In this document: piece after piece, positions 50,704 through 59,682 of the stretch
Layout of the letters: each line of letters opens with the position of its first letter
Position numbering within the stretch: the stretch's first letter is position 1
Assembly: GCA_965214705.1 (NCBI GenBank)
Contig: CBDCCI010000001.1
Location: 192,001 to 256,000 of the forward strand
Direction: 5' to 3'
Source: Alphaproteobacteria bacterium
GTDB taxonomy: Bacteria; Pseudomonadota; Alphaproteobacteria; UBA828
DNA length: 64,000 nt
Program-made: the position numbers and the translations under genes
The notes under the pieces: model-generated
Databases searched by the model: none
What the model saw: only the letters and a program-made list of their open reading frames with translations
What the model was told of the DNA's origin: nothing

Positions 50704-52000
50704 CCCGCCGCGCGACGCGCGCGCCGTCGCGGCCCATGCGCTGGGTGCAATCCTGCGCCGGGGCCACACGCTCGACCAAGCACTCGATGCCGCGCCGGGA
50801 TTGGATGCGCTCACGTCACGCGATGCCGCCTTCGCGCGTCTGCTGCTGCTCACGACGCTCCGCCGCATGGGCCAGATCGACGCCTTTCTGGCCAAGCTCA
50901 TGGACCATCCGCTCCCTGCGCGGCGCGGGCCGGTGCAGGACGTGCTGCGCCTCGGAGTCTGCCAGCTCGCCTTCCTCGAAACCCCCGCGCATGCGGCGGT
51001 GGCGAGCACCGTGGCGCTCGCGCACGGATCGCGGCTCGCGCCCTATCGGGGGCTTGTCAACGCGGTCCTGCGCCGCGCCAGCCGCGAGCACAGCGCAATT
51101 GCGGAACTCGACGCGCCCCGACTCAATACCCCCGACTGGCTCTGGGAGAGTTGGTGCTCGGCCTATGGCGAGGCTCGCTGTCGGGTCATCGCCGAGGCCC
51201 ATCTGGGTGAGCCGCCGCTCGACCTCTCGCCGGTCTCTGACGCAGAAGACCGCGTTGAGGCATTGCGCACCACGCTAGGCGCGCAACGTCTGCCCGGAGG
51301 CACGCTCCGGCTGCGCGGCGCCGGCGACGTGACGCGACTCGCCGGCTATGACGCGGGCCAGTGGTGGGTGCAGGATGCGGCGGCGGCGCTGCCGGCACGT
51401 CTGCTCGGCCCGGTCGCCGGCAAACGGGTGTTGGAGATCGGCGCCGCGCCCGGCGGCAAGACCGCCCAGCTCGCCGCCGCCGGCGCACAGGTCATCGCCG
51501 TCGACCGCTCAGCTCCGCGTCTCGCCTGGCTCAAGGAGAACCTCGCCAGGCTCCGCCTCGAAGCCGAGACCGTCGAAGCCGATGCTCTGGAGTGGAGGCC
51601 GCGGGCACAGTCCGACACGGTGCTCCTGGACGCGCCATGCACCGCAACCGGGACCATCCGGCGCCATCCGGACATCCCGCACCTTCGCGGCCCCGCCGAC
51701 GTGGACCGCTTGGCCGACCTGCAAGGCCGGTTGCTTGCCCGCGCGGCCGCCATGGTGGCACCGGGCGGACTCCTGGTGTATGCGAGTTGCTCGCTCCAGC
51801 CCGAGGAATGCGAGCGCCAGGTGGACTCATTTCTCGCTGCGTCGCCCAGCTTCGCGCGCTTTCCGGTGCGCGCGGACGAGCTGCCGGGCCTTCCTGAAGC
51901 CGTCACCACGACCGGCGATCTGCGCACCTTGCCGTGCCATTGGGCGGACGACGGCGGGATGGACGGTTTCTATGCCGCACGCTTGCGGCACCTTCCCTAA
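50687..52000 (+). CDS. rsmB: RsmB/NOP-family RNA m5C methyltransferase with NusB-like N-terminus
   Basis: LVNAVLR, WWVQD, AAPGGKT, LDAPCTATGTIRRHPD, YASCSL, DGFY; start approximate (TTG 50687). Confidence 0.9.
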   Translation: MSSTSSPPRDARAVAAHALGAILRRGHTLDQALDAAPGLDALTSRDAAFARLLLLTTLRRMGQIDAFLAKLMDHPLPARRGPVQDVLRLGVCQLAFLETPAHAAVASTVALAHGSRLAPYRGLVNAVLRRASREHSAIAELDAPRLNTPDWLWESWCSAYGEARCRVIAEAHLGEPPLDLSPVSDAEDRVEALRTTLGAQRLPGGTLRLRGAGDVTRLAGYDAGQWWVQDAAAALPARLLGPVAGKRVLEIGAAPGGKTAQLAAAGAQVIAVDRSAPRLAWLKENLARLRLEAETVEADALEWRPRAQSDTVLLDAPCTATGTIRRHPDIPHLRGPADVDRLADLQGRLLARAAAMVAPGGLLVYASCSLQPEECERQVDSFLAASPSFARFPVRADELPGLPEAVTTTGDLRTLPCHWADDGGMDGFYAARLRHLP

Positions 52001-52019
52001 GCTGGTACCAGACCTCGCC

Positions 52020-52751
52020 ATGCAGCAGGAGCTCCGGATCGCAGCGTCCGTTCTGGCGGCTGACTTTTCGTGCCTTGGCGAGGAGGTGCGGGCGGTCTCG
52101 GACGCCGGTGCGGACTGGCTGCACGTCGATGTGATGGACGGGCATTTCGTGCCCAACCTGACCATCGGCGCGGGCGTCGTCGCGGCGCTCAAACCCCACA
52201 GTGCGCGGCCCTTCGACGTGCACCTGATGGTTTCGCCGGTCGATCCCTATGTTGAACCGTTTGCCGAGGCCGGCGCCGACAGCATCACCGTTCACGTCGA
52301 GGCAGGCGCCCACCTGCACCGCACGCTCCAGCGCATCAAGAGCACGGGCAAACGGGCCGGGGTCGCGCTCAATCCAGCGACGCCGGCTCACGCTGTCGAG
52401 CCCGTGCTCGGCGATGTCGATCTCGTTCTGGTGATGTCCGTCAACCCGGGATTCGGCGGCCAGCGGTTCATTCCAAGTCAGCTGGCCAAGATCGAACAAC
52501 TCAGGGCGCTCATCGACGCAAGCGGGCGCGCCATCGACCTCTCCGTCGATGGCGGTGTCGACGAGCACACGGCCGGCCTTGCCTCACGCGCCGGCGCCGA
52601 CGTGCTGGTCGCGGGCTCTGCAAGCTTTGCTGGCGGCCGGGCCGGGTATCGCGGCAATATCGCGCGACTGAGGGCAGCCGGAGAGGCGGGGCGCACGGCC
52701 TCGTGCGGCGCCCGGACGGGGCCGCGCGCAATCGGCGCGGCGACCTCCTAA
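52020..52751 (+). CDS. rpe: Ribulose-phosphate 3-epimerase
   Basis: HVDVMDGHFVPN, DVHLM, MSVNPGFGGQ, VDGGV; start ATG 52020. Confidence 0.96.
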   Translation: MQQELRIAASVLAADFSCLGEEVRAVSDAGADWLHVDVMDGHFVPNLTIGAGVVAALKPHSARPFDVHLMVSPVDPYVEPFAEAGADSITVHVEAGAHLHRTLQRIKSTGKRAGVALNPATPAHAVEPVLGDVDLVLVMSVNPGFGGQRFIPSQLAKIEQLRALIDASGRAIDLSVDGGVDEHTAGLASRAGADVLVAGSASFAGGRAGYRGNIARLRAAGEAGRTASCGARTGPRAIGAATS

Positions 52752-52765
52752 CCCCACCCGGCCCC

Positions 52766-54427
52766 ATGGGCGCGAGCGACGGGCCGGCCTCGACGGTCTT
52801 TCTCGGTGCCCTGCGCTGGTTCCGCAGTCGCACCTCCGAGTCGCGCCGGCGAGGCGCGACCCAGCGGCTCGTGCACCGCTCGGTCGACCCTGTGCCGGGT
52901 GTCGCCGGGCGCGGCGATGCGCTCGTTGCAGGCCTCTACGAATTCGGCGGCCAAGCGGTCCGCGCCGCCGAGGTCGGCGAGCGCGGCGACACGCCCTGGC
53001 GCCATCGGGAAGCCGGCGATTACTGGCTCGCTGAGCTGCACGGCTTCGACTGGCTGCGCGACTTGCGCGCGGCGGGCACCAGCCCGGCGGCCGAGCGCGG
53101 CCGCACCATGGTGCTCGACTGGCTGCAGCAGCATCGCTCGCTCGACAACACGGCGGCGTGGACGCCAGAGGTCATCGGGCGACGCATCTCGGCTTGGCTT
53201 GCCCATGGCGAATTCCTGTTGCAGGGCGCCGACGACGAGTTCACCCAGCGCTTCCATCAGGCGCTCGATCTTCAGGCTCGTCATCTGATGCGGACCGCCC
53301 GCAACGCCGGCGAAGGGCTACCGCGATTGCTCGCCTATCGGGGATTGATCGAGAGCGGGCTATGCCTGCCCGACGGCGAGCGCCGTGTCGCCCAGGGCCT
53401 AAAGCTCCTTGAGGCGGCGCTGACGGAGCAGGTGCTCGGCGACGGTGGCTACGTCGAACGCAATCCGTCAACGCACTTGGCGGCAATCTGGTGCCTCGCG
53501 GGACTGTGCGCGACCCTCGATGCGAGCGAGCGTCCGGCGGGACAGACGCTCTCGGAGGCGATCGCCCGACTGGCGCCGTCGCTCCGCACGTTCCGCCACG
53601 GCGACGGTGGCCTGGCTCTCTTCAACGGCGGTGTCGAGGAGGAACGGGGCCCGATCGACCTCGCCCTCAGCCGGGCGGCGGCCGGTAGCGAAACCGCCCC
53701 CTTCGATGCGCCCTATATGGGATTCCGGCGCGTCGAGGGCAGACACTCTACCCTGATCGCGGATACTGGCGCACCGTCGACCACCGGGCGTTGGGCTCAC
53801 GCCGGCACGTTGAGCTTCGAAATGAGCGCAGGCCGAGAGCGCCTCATCGTGAACTGCGGCGGCTGGCGCGGCGGCAACGCCGGATGGCGCGAGGCACTGC
53901 GCGGCACCGCGGCCCACAGCACGCTCGTGGTCGACGATACCAACTCCGCGACCCTCGGCGAGGACGGCGCGATTTCGGACGGTCCGACCACTGTGAAGGT
54001 CGAGCGGCGCGATCAGGACGGCGCGACCTGGATCGACTCCAGCCACGACGGTTACCTCGACACGCTCGGCCTGATCCACAAGCGCAGGCTCTACGCGGGC
54101 CACGAAGGCGCCGATGTGCGCGGTGAGGACACGCTCTCGCATATCAGGCGACGCCGACAACGAGGCCGGGAATTCGCTTTGCGCTTCCACCTGCATCCCG
54201 AGGTGACTTGCGCGATGACCGAGGATCGGCGGGCCGTCCTCCTGCGGCTCCCCAGCGGCGCGATATGGCAGATGCGCGGCGCCGGCGCGTCTATCAGCAT
54301 CGACGAGAGCGTCTACGCTGGAGACGGCGTCACCCGGCGACGCACCTCGCAGGTCGCGCTGACCGGCCCAATCGAGGACTCCACCACGGTCAAATGGGCG
54401 TTCAAGCTGCTGCCGAAAGGGAACTAA
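52766..54427 (+). CDS. Heparinase II/III family protein
   Basis: LHGFDWLRDL, DGGYVERNP, RHGDGGLALFNG, HAGTLSFE, TAAHST, RFHLHP; usual neighbour of rsmB/rpe. Confidence 0.85.
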   Translation: MGASDGPASTVFLGALRWFRSRTSESRRRGATQRLVHRSVDPVPGVAGRGDALVAGLYEFGGQAVRAAEVGERGDTPWRHREAGDYWLAELHGFDWLRDLRAAGTSPAAERGRTMVLDWLQQHRSLDNTAAWTPEVIGRRISAWLAHGEFLLQGADDEFTQRFHQALDLQARHLMRTARNAGEGLPRLLAYRGLIESGLCLPDGERRVAQGLKLLEAALTEQVLGDGGYVERNPSTHLAAIWCLAGLCATLDASERPAGQTLSEAIARLAPSLRTFRHGDGGLALFNGGVEEERGPIDLALSRAAAGSETAPFDAPYMGFRRVEGRHSTLIADTGAPSTTGRWAHAGTLSFEMSAGRERLIVNCGGWRGGNAGWREALRGTAAHSTLVVDDTNSATLGEDGAISDGPTTVKVERRDQDGATWIDSSHDGYLDTLGLIHKRRLYAGHEGADVRGEDTLSHIRRRRQRGREFALRFHLHPEVTCAMTEDRRAVLLRLPSGAIWQMRGAGASISIDESVYAGDGVTRRRTSQVALTGPIEDSTTVKWAFKLLPKGN

Positions 54428-54640
54428 GGCCTGTCCTCGCGCTGATGGCAAGACGCGAAATCCCCTTGCAAAGCGCGCGACAATGGACCAACAAGGGGCC
54501 GGTCGGTTGCACGTGACCTTGATGTATCTTCGCTGACTGGCTCCAGCCGGGCCAAGCTACTCTAGAGACACGCTGCGCCTCTAATACCCGCGATGCCGCC
54601 CAGCGCGGCGCGGGCGCTAAACTTTGTGAAAGGAGTAGTC

Positions 54641-54850
54641 ATGGCGACTGGAACGGTGAAGTGGTTCAACTCGGTCAAAGGCTACGGCTTCATTCAGCCG
54701 AGCGACGGGTCCAAGGACGCGTTCGTCCATATCTCCGCTGTCGAGCGGGCGGGACTCACCAATTTGCGCGAAGGCCAGAAGGTCGAGTACGAGCTGACAC
54801 CGGGGCGCGACGGCAGGGCGTCGGCGGAGAACCTGGTCGTTCTCGACTAA
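54641..54850 (+). CDS. cspA: Cold-shock protein
   Basis: AAGGAG RBS; GTVKWFN, KGYGFI, DAFVHISA. Confidence 0.97.
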   Translation: MATGTVKWFNSVKGYGFIQPSDGSKDAFVHISAVERAGLTNLREGQKVEYELTPGRDGRASAENLVVLD

Positions 54851-54990
54851 GTCCCGGCGGGACTCCCCCCATCAAGCACCGGCAGCGAACGCTGCCGGGC
54901 GAGTCAACGTTACCCGTCGCCGGAGTATCGGCAGCGCGAGGTCAAACGGGCGCGCCCCGCGGGCGCGCTCGCCAAGCCAATAGGAACGGA

Positions 54991-55227
54991 ATGGCACGCA
55001 AGCCCAACTATCGCTTCGCCCGTCTCGAACGTGAGCGCAACAAGGCCGCGAGAAAGGCCGAACGCGCCAAGCTGAAGGCCGAGCGGGCGGAGCAGCGACG
55101 GCGGGAGAAAGCCGGCGAGCTGGCCGACGGCGAGGCAGGCGAAGCCGTCGATGAAGCTGCGGACCTTCCCGACGGTGCCTCGGACGAGTCCGCTACCGTC
55201 ACGGCACAGGATGAGAATCGCGCCTGA
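54991..55227 (+). CDS. Small hypothetical protein, basic N-terminus and acidic C-terminus
   Basis: AGGAA upstream of ATG; MARKPNYRFARLERERNKAARK...; 78 aa. Confidence 0.7.
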   Translation: MARKPNYRFARLERERNKAARKAERAKLKAERAEQRRREKAGELADGEAGEAVDEAADLPDGASDESATVTAQDENRA

Positions 55228-55319
55228 TCGAGTCCCGGTTCAGGGAATGGCGATGACCGCAGGAACCATCCACCCCTGAACGAATTCCGTATGGGTCGGG
55301 CGTCGAGTTCTCGTGCACA

Positions 55320-55357
55320 TCAACGGACTTCGACCACGCGTCGATCAGGAATAGCAC
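55320..55357 (-). pseudogene. Remnant of DUF5615 (PIN-like) toxin gene with large internal deletion
   Basis: 2 bp after DUF433 stop: GTG CTA TTC CTG ATC GAC GCG (MLFLIDA), then out of frame GTG GTC GAA GTC CGT TGA (VVEVR*). Confidence 0.6.
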
Positions 55358-55359
55358 TG

Positions 55360-55602
55360 TCAGGCGGCGAGAATGATGCGATGCGCACTTGCAGCCGCAC
55401 CATAGGCCAGGGCTGCTCTCAGGTCAGCTTCGCTGAGGTATGGATAGTCGGCGAGAATCTCCTCCTTCGACACACCTTCAGCTAACAGCTCCAGGATGTC
55501 GGTCACCCTGACACGCGTGCCACGCACATGCGGCCGTCCGCCGCAGATCGAAGCATCGATGTGGATGCGATCGCGGACCTCCGGGTCGTCTACCATGGAC
55601 AT
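55360..55602 (-). CDS. DUF433 domain antitoxin
   Basis: RIHIDASICGGRPHVRGTRVRV, EEILADYPYL, DLRAALAY; GAGGAG RBS before ATG 55602. Confidence 0.92.
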   Translation of the reverse strand: MSMVDDPEVRDRIHIDASICGGRPHVRGTRVRVTDILELLAEGVSKEEILADYPYLSEADLRAALAYGAAASAHRIILAA

Positions 55603-55717
55603 GCTGGGCTCCTCGAGCAGCATCGTGAGGCAGCGGCAGAATACTGGACCAAGACGGTCTCGTGTAGCTCGCAGCCGTGCGTCCACGCGCCGGCCCAAAA
55701 CTTTCCGCGTAGCCTTG

Positions 55718-56431
55718 TCAACTCCCGGTCCGGTGCGCCTTCGAGAGCTTGTCGGCTAGCCGCGTGGGCTCGGGCAGCCGATAGCGCGTGGCGCATCTGA
55801 GGGTCAACGTCACCGCGGTCTTCAGCGAAATTCGGTGTCCGGCAGAGACGTAGACCGGCTTCACCCGCTCGCGCGTTCGCAGGACGGCGCCGAGGCGCTC
55901 ACCTGGCCGTAAGCCCTTGTCGGCGAGCAGCCACGCAATATCGCCCTTGGCCGGGCCGGGCTCGTTGTGAGAGCCGGTGAGCCGCGACTTCGCCACCCCG
56001 ATGGTGGGCACATCCAGCCAAAGGCCCAAGTGGCAGGCGAGCCCGAAGCGGCGCGGATGGGCGTAGCCGTGGCCGTCGCAGAGGATCAGGTCGGGCAAAG
56101 CGGGAAGCTGCTCCAGCGCCTCCAGCAAGGCCGGCACCTCGCGGAAGGAGAGCAGCCCCGGCACGTAGGGAAAGGTCGTCGGGCGCTCGATCAGAATCTG
56201 GTCCGTCACGTCCAGCCCGGGATAGGTCAGCATCACGACCGCAGCCCGGATCGTGCGCCCGCCATCGGCGAAGGCGGCATCGACCCCGGCCACCCGCTTG
56301 ATCGCCCGGCGCCCGCCGGGGCCGAAGCGGTCCGAGCGGACCACGGCGCCGGCAAGCGCCTTCTGCAGCGCGATGGCGTCCTTCGGCGACAGGTCCCACG
56401 CGTGGAGCGGCGCGGTGGTCCTTGCTCTCAC
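55718..56431 (-). CDS. nfi: Endonuclease V
   Basis: AGVD, FPYVPGLLSFRE, DGHGYAHPRRFGLA, IGVAKS, VYVSAGH, RLPEPTRLAD; GTG overlaps RND stop. Confidence 0.95.
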   Translation of the reverse strand: MRARTTAPLHAWDLSPKDAIALQKALAGAVVRSDRFGPGGRRAIKRVAGVDAAFADGGRTIRAAVVMLTYPGLDVTDQILIERPTTFPYVPGLLSFREVPALLEALEQLPALPDLILCDGHGYAHPRRFGLACHLGLWLDVPTIGVAKSRLTGSHNEPGPAKGDIAWLLADKGLRPGERLGAVLRTRERVKPVYVSAGHRISLKTAVTLTLRCATRYRLPEPTRLADKLSKAHRTGS

Positions 56432-59400
56432 TCCGCACTGGTCCCGCGCGGCGCGGGTCCATCCAGGGCCGCGCCCAACCTCTCGCGCTTGCGCTGCTGA
56501 CGGGTTGCGACCACCGCCAGCAGCGGCGGGACGATCAGCAGCGTGAGCACGGCAGAGAGCGCGAGACCGCCGATCACCACGGAGCCAAGCCCTCGATAAA
56601 GCTCTGATCCCGCGCCGGGGAATAGCACCAGCGGCAACATGCCGAACACACTGGTGAGCGTCGACATGAAGATCGGCCGAATTCGGTTCCTGGTCGCCGA
56701 GAGGATGGCGTCCGCGACCGCCATCTGCTCCTCCCGCATGTGAAACAGGGTCTGGTGGACGAGCAGGATGGCGTTGTTGACGACGATGCCCACCAATATG
56801 ACGAAGCCGAGCAGCGTCAGCATGTCGAGCGGCTGGAACGTATAGGTGTTGACCGCAGCAAGCCCCAACACCCCGCCTGCAGCGGCGAGCGGCACCGAGA
56901 GCATGATGACGAAGGGATAGACGAAGCTCTCGAAGAGCACGGCCATGATGAGGTAGACGATCGCGATGGCGACCACCAGATTGATCGCCATCGCGTCCCA
57001 CGTGGCCTCGAGGTCGTCGGCAGTGCCGGACAGCCTGATCTTCACACCCGGTGGTAGCCCTCGCCCCTCCAACGCCTGAACGACGCCCGTCTCCAGCCTC
57101 TCCAGCGCGATCTCGAGCGGTATGTCAGCGGCGGGGCGGACTTCCAGGGTGATGGTGCGCTCGCGTTCGACGTGGCGAATCTTGGTTGGCCCCGCCGTGA
57201 CGACGATATCGGCGAGCGAACTGGCCGGTAAGATGGCGCCCGCTCTCGTGACCACCGGCAGGCTCTCGATGCCCTGCGTGCGGTCGACGTTGGCGTCGGG
57301 TCCCGCCAGAATCAGATCGAACCGCTTGGCATCGATGGTCACCTCGTCCACTTTGAGGCCGTCGTTGTAGGCCTCGATCGTGGCCCCGAGTTCGCGCGCG
57401 GAGACCCCGTTGTCGCCGAGTTTGATGGGGTCGGGGAGGAGGCGCACCTCTGGCGCGCCAAGCTCAAGGCCGGGTTTGGGGCGGAACTGGTTTCCCTGGT
57501 CGAAGGGCAGCGCCTGGGCCACGAGGCCGGTCGCCTGCAGCGCAATTCCAAGCACGGTCTCCAGGTTCGGGCCCGAGATATCCACGTCGATCTTGCGTCC
57601 CCCGCCGATCCCTCGGCCGAACAACGACGCCTGGCTGACGAAGCCGAAGGTGCCCGGCTCGAAGAATACCGGGGTGCGGATCGGGTCGATCAACTCGCCG
57701 GCCCGATCGGCCTCGACCGCAACCGCACCCACGAAGGCCTGATCGCGGAAGGTCACGAAGAAGAAGCGCTCCATCTTCGGAGGCTCACCCGGCTGGGCGT
57801 CCGGCCCCGTCTCAGACTCCCAGAGAGGGCGCACCGCGTCCTCCACCGAGCGCGCGATGCCGAGCGTGGTTTCGAGGTTGTAGCCCGGCGGCGGCAGGAG
57901 GACACCGAACACCAGGTTGCGGTTGCCGGTCGGCAGATAGTCAAGTCGGGGCAGCAGCAGCCACGATACGAAAAGAGCGCCGCCGCAGACCACGATCGCC
58001 ACGCCAGCGGCACGCAACCGGCGGCGCACAACCCATCCGGTGAAGGCCAGGACGACGCGCACGAACAGCGCGGCAAAATCGTCAATGATCGGCAGGCGAA
58101 GCCGGTAAGGCGCTTCCTCCGTAGCGGCAAGGGACGCGGAGGCGCCGCGGTCTTTCCTGCGTCTGCGCCCGAGGATTCGGCTCGCAAGCGAGGGGATCAC
58201 GGTGCTCGCCACGATCAGCGACAGGACGACCGAGACCGAGATGGCCACGGCGATGTCACGGAACAGCTGGCCGGCTTCCAACTCCATCACCAGGATCGGC
58301 ACGAAGACGAGCACCGTGGTCGCGGCCGAAACGAACACCGCACCCCAGACCTGCCGCGCGCCGTGATAGGCGGCCTGGAGGCGCCCGTAACCGCTCTGCC
58401 TGAGCCGGTAGATGTTCTCCAGAACCACGATGGCCGCGTCCACCACCATGCCGACGGCGAAAGCGAGGCCCGCGAGCGAGATCACGTTGATCGAGCGCCC
58501 GAGAAGTGCCATCGCCACGAACGAGCCCACGACCGAGACCGGAATTGCGATCGAAACGATCAGGGTCGCGGAGAACGAGCGCAGGAACAGCAGTAGGATC
58601 AGCGCGGCCAGCGCGCCACCGACGAAAATGTTCTGCTGCACCAGATCGATGGCAGAATTGATGTAGACGGTTTCGTCGTAGACCTGTTCAAAGACGAGCC
58701 CCGCCTGTGGGATCGCCGCGGCATTCAGTTCCGCCACGGCCTCCTTTACGCCCGCCATGGTCTCGATCACGTTGGCGCCGGTCTCGCGCACCGCATTGAC
58801 GGCCAGCGCGGGCTCGCCCAGCAGGCGGATACGCGCGACGGGCTCCTTGTAGCGATAAGCGACTGAGGCGATGTCGCCCATCGTGACCCGACCGAGCCGG
58901 CCCGAGAGAGGGTCGCTCTCTGAGCGCAGCACGACGCCGGCGACCCGCTCGGGCGTGTTGAGCTCGCCGTCGGTGCGCACAACGTAGCGGCGCTTGCCCT
59001 CCTCGACGTCGCCGGCGGAGATCGAGGCGTTTGAGCGCCGCAGCGCGTCCGCGATTTCGGTCACAGTGAGGCCGTAGCGGGCCATGCGTTCGGGATCGAC
59101 GGTGATGCGGAGCTCCCGCTTGGTGCCGCCGAACATGTTGACGCGCGCCACGCCCTGCACACGCTCCAGACGCTCCTGGATCACGTCCTCGACGAAGTCG
59201 CCGTAGGTGTGGATTGCGCGCTCGTTGCCGGGTTGGCGTGAGAGGATGAACCAGGCGATCGGCTGGTCTTCGGAGCCGGCTGAGCTGATCACCGGCTCGG
59301 CGGCATCGTTCGGCTTGTCGGGCACCCGGTCCAACCTGTTGGCGACCAGCACGAGCGACCGGTCCATATCGGTGCCGACGGCGAACTCCAGCTCGATCTC

Positions 59401-59667
59401 GCCGACGCCATCGTCGGCCGAGCCGATCATGCGATTCAGCCCTTCGAGGCCTTTGAACACCTCCTCCTGCTGGGTGATGATCTCGCGTTCGACCTCAGCG
59501 GGCGCTGCGCCGGGCCAGAAGGTCTCGACGGTAAGGACTGGCTTGCGGACATCGGGCGTGAGCTGGATCGGGATCGTCTGCAGCGCGACGAGTCCGAACA
59601 TGACCACCATCAGAATCGCGGCGACGACCGCGATTGGCCGGTCGATGGCCAGCCTTATGAGGTTCAT
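56428..59667 (-). CDS. RND efflux transporter permease (AcrB/MdtB-like)
   Basis: 1079 aa; GMVVDAAIVVLENI, FRDIA, GIVVNNAILLV, RIRPIFMS. Confidence 0.95.
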   Translation of the reverse strand: MNLIRLAIDRPIAVVAAILMVVMFGLVALQTIPIQLTPDVRKPVLTVETFWPGAAPAEVEREIITQQEEVFKGLEGLNRMIGSADDGVGEIELEFAVGTDMDRSLVLVANRLDRVPDKPNDAAEPVISSAGSEDQPIAWFILSRQPGNERAIHTYGDFVEDVIQERLERVQGVARVNMFGGTKRELRITVDPERMARYGLTVTEIADALRRSNASISAGDVEEGKRRYVVRTDGELNTPERVAGVVLRSESDPLSGRLGRVTMGDIASVAYRYKEPVARIRLLGEPALAVNAVRETGANVIETMAGVKEAVAELNAAAIPQAGLVFEQVYDETVYINSAIDLVQQNIFVGGALAALILLLFLRSFSATLIVSIAIPVSVVGSFVAMALLGRSINVISLAGLAFAVGMVVDAAIVVLENIYRLRQSGYGRLQAAYHGARQVWGAVFVSAATTVLVFVPILVMELEAGQLFRDIAVAISVSVVLSLIVASTVIPSLASRILGRRRRKDRGASASLAATEEAPYRLRLPIIDDFAALFVRVVLAFTGWVVRRRLRAAGVAIVVCGGALFVSWLLLPRLDYLPTGNRNLVFGVLLPPPGYNLETTLGIARSVEDAVRPLWESETGPDAQPGEPPKMERFFFVTFRDQAFVGAVAVEADRAGELIDPIRTPVFFEPGTFGFVSQASLFGRGIGGGRKIDVDISGPNLETVLGIALQATGLVAQALPFDQGNQFRPKPGLELGAPEVRLLPDPIKLGDNGVSARELGATIEAYNDGLKVDEVTIDAKRFDLILAGPDANVDRTQGIESLPVVTRAGAILPASSLADIVVTAGPTKIRHVERERTITLEVRPAADIPLEIALERLETGVVQALEGRGLPPGVKIRLSGTADDLEATWDAMAINLVVAIAIVYLIMAVLFESFVYPFVIMLSVPLAAAGGVLGLAAVNTYTFQPLDMLTLLGFVILVGIVVNNAILLVHQTLFHMREEQMAVADAILSATRNRIRPIFMSTLTSVFGMLPLVLFPGAGSELYRGLGSVVIGGLALSAVLTLLIVPPLLAVVATRQQRKRERLGAALDGPAPRGTSAE

Positions 59668-59682
59668 GGCGAGAGCGCGCTC

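Noticed and set aside
52680-52751. About 25-aa C-terminal extension of Rpe
   Set aside because: Low-complexity tail best explained by stop-codon drift.
52766-54427. Heparinase II/III protein as a host-glycan degrading enzyme
   Set aside because: This family is a conserved neighbour of rsmB/rpe in alphaproteobacteria and no signal peptide is evident.
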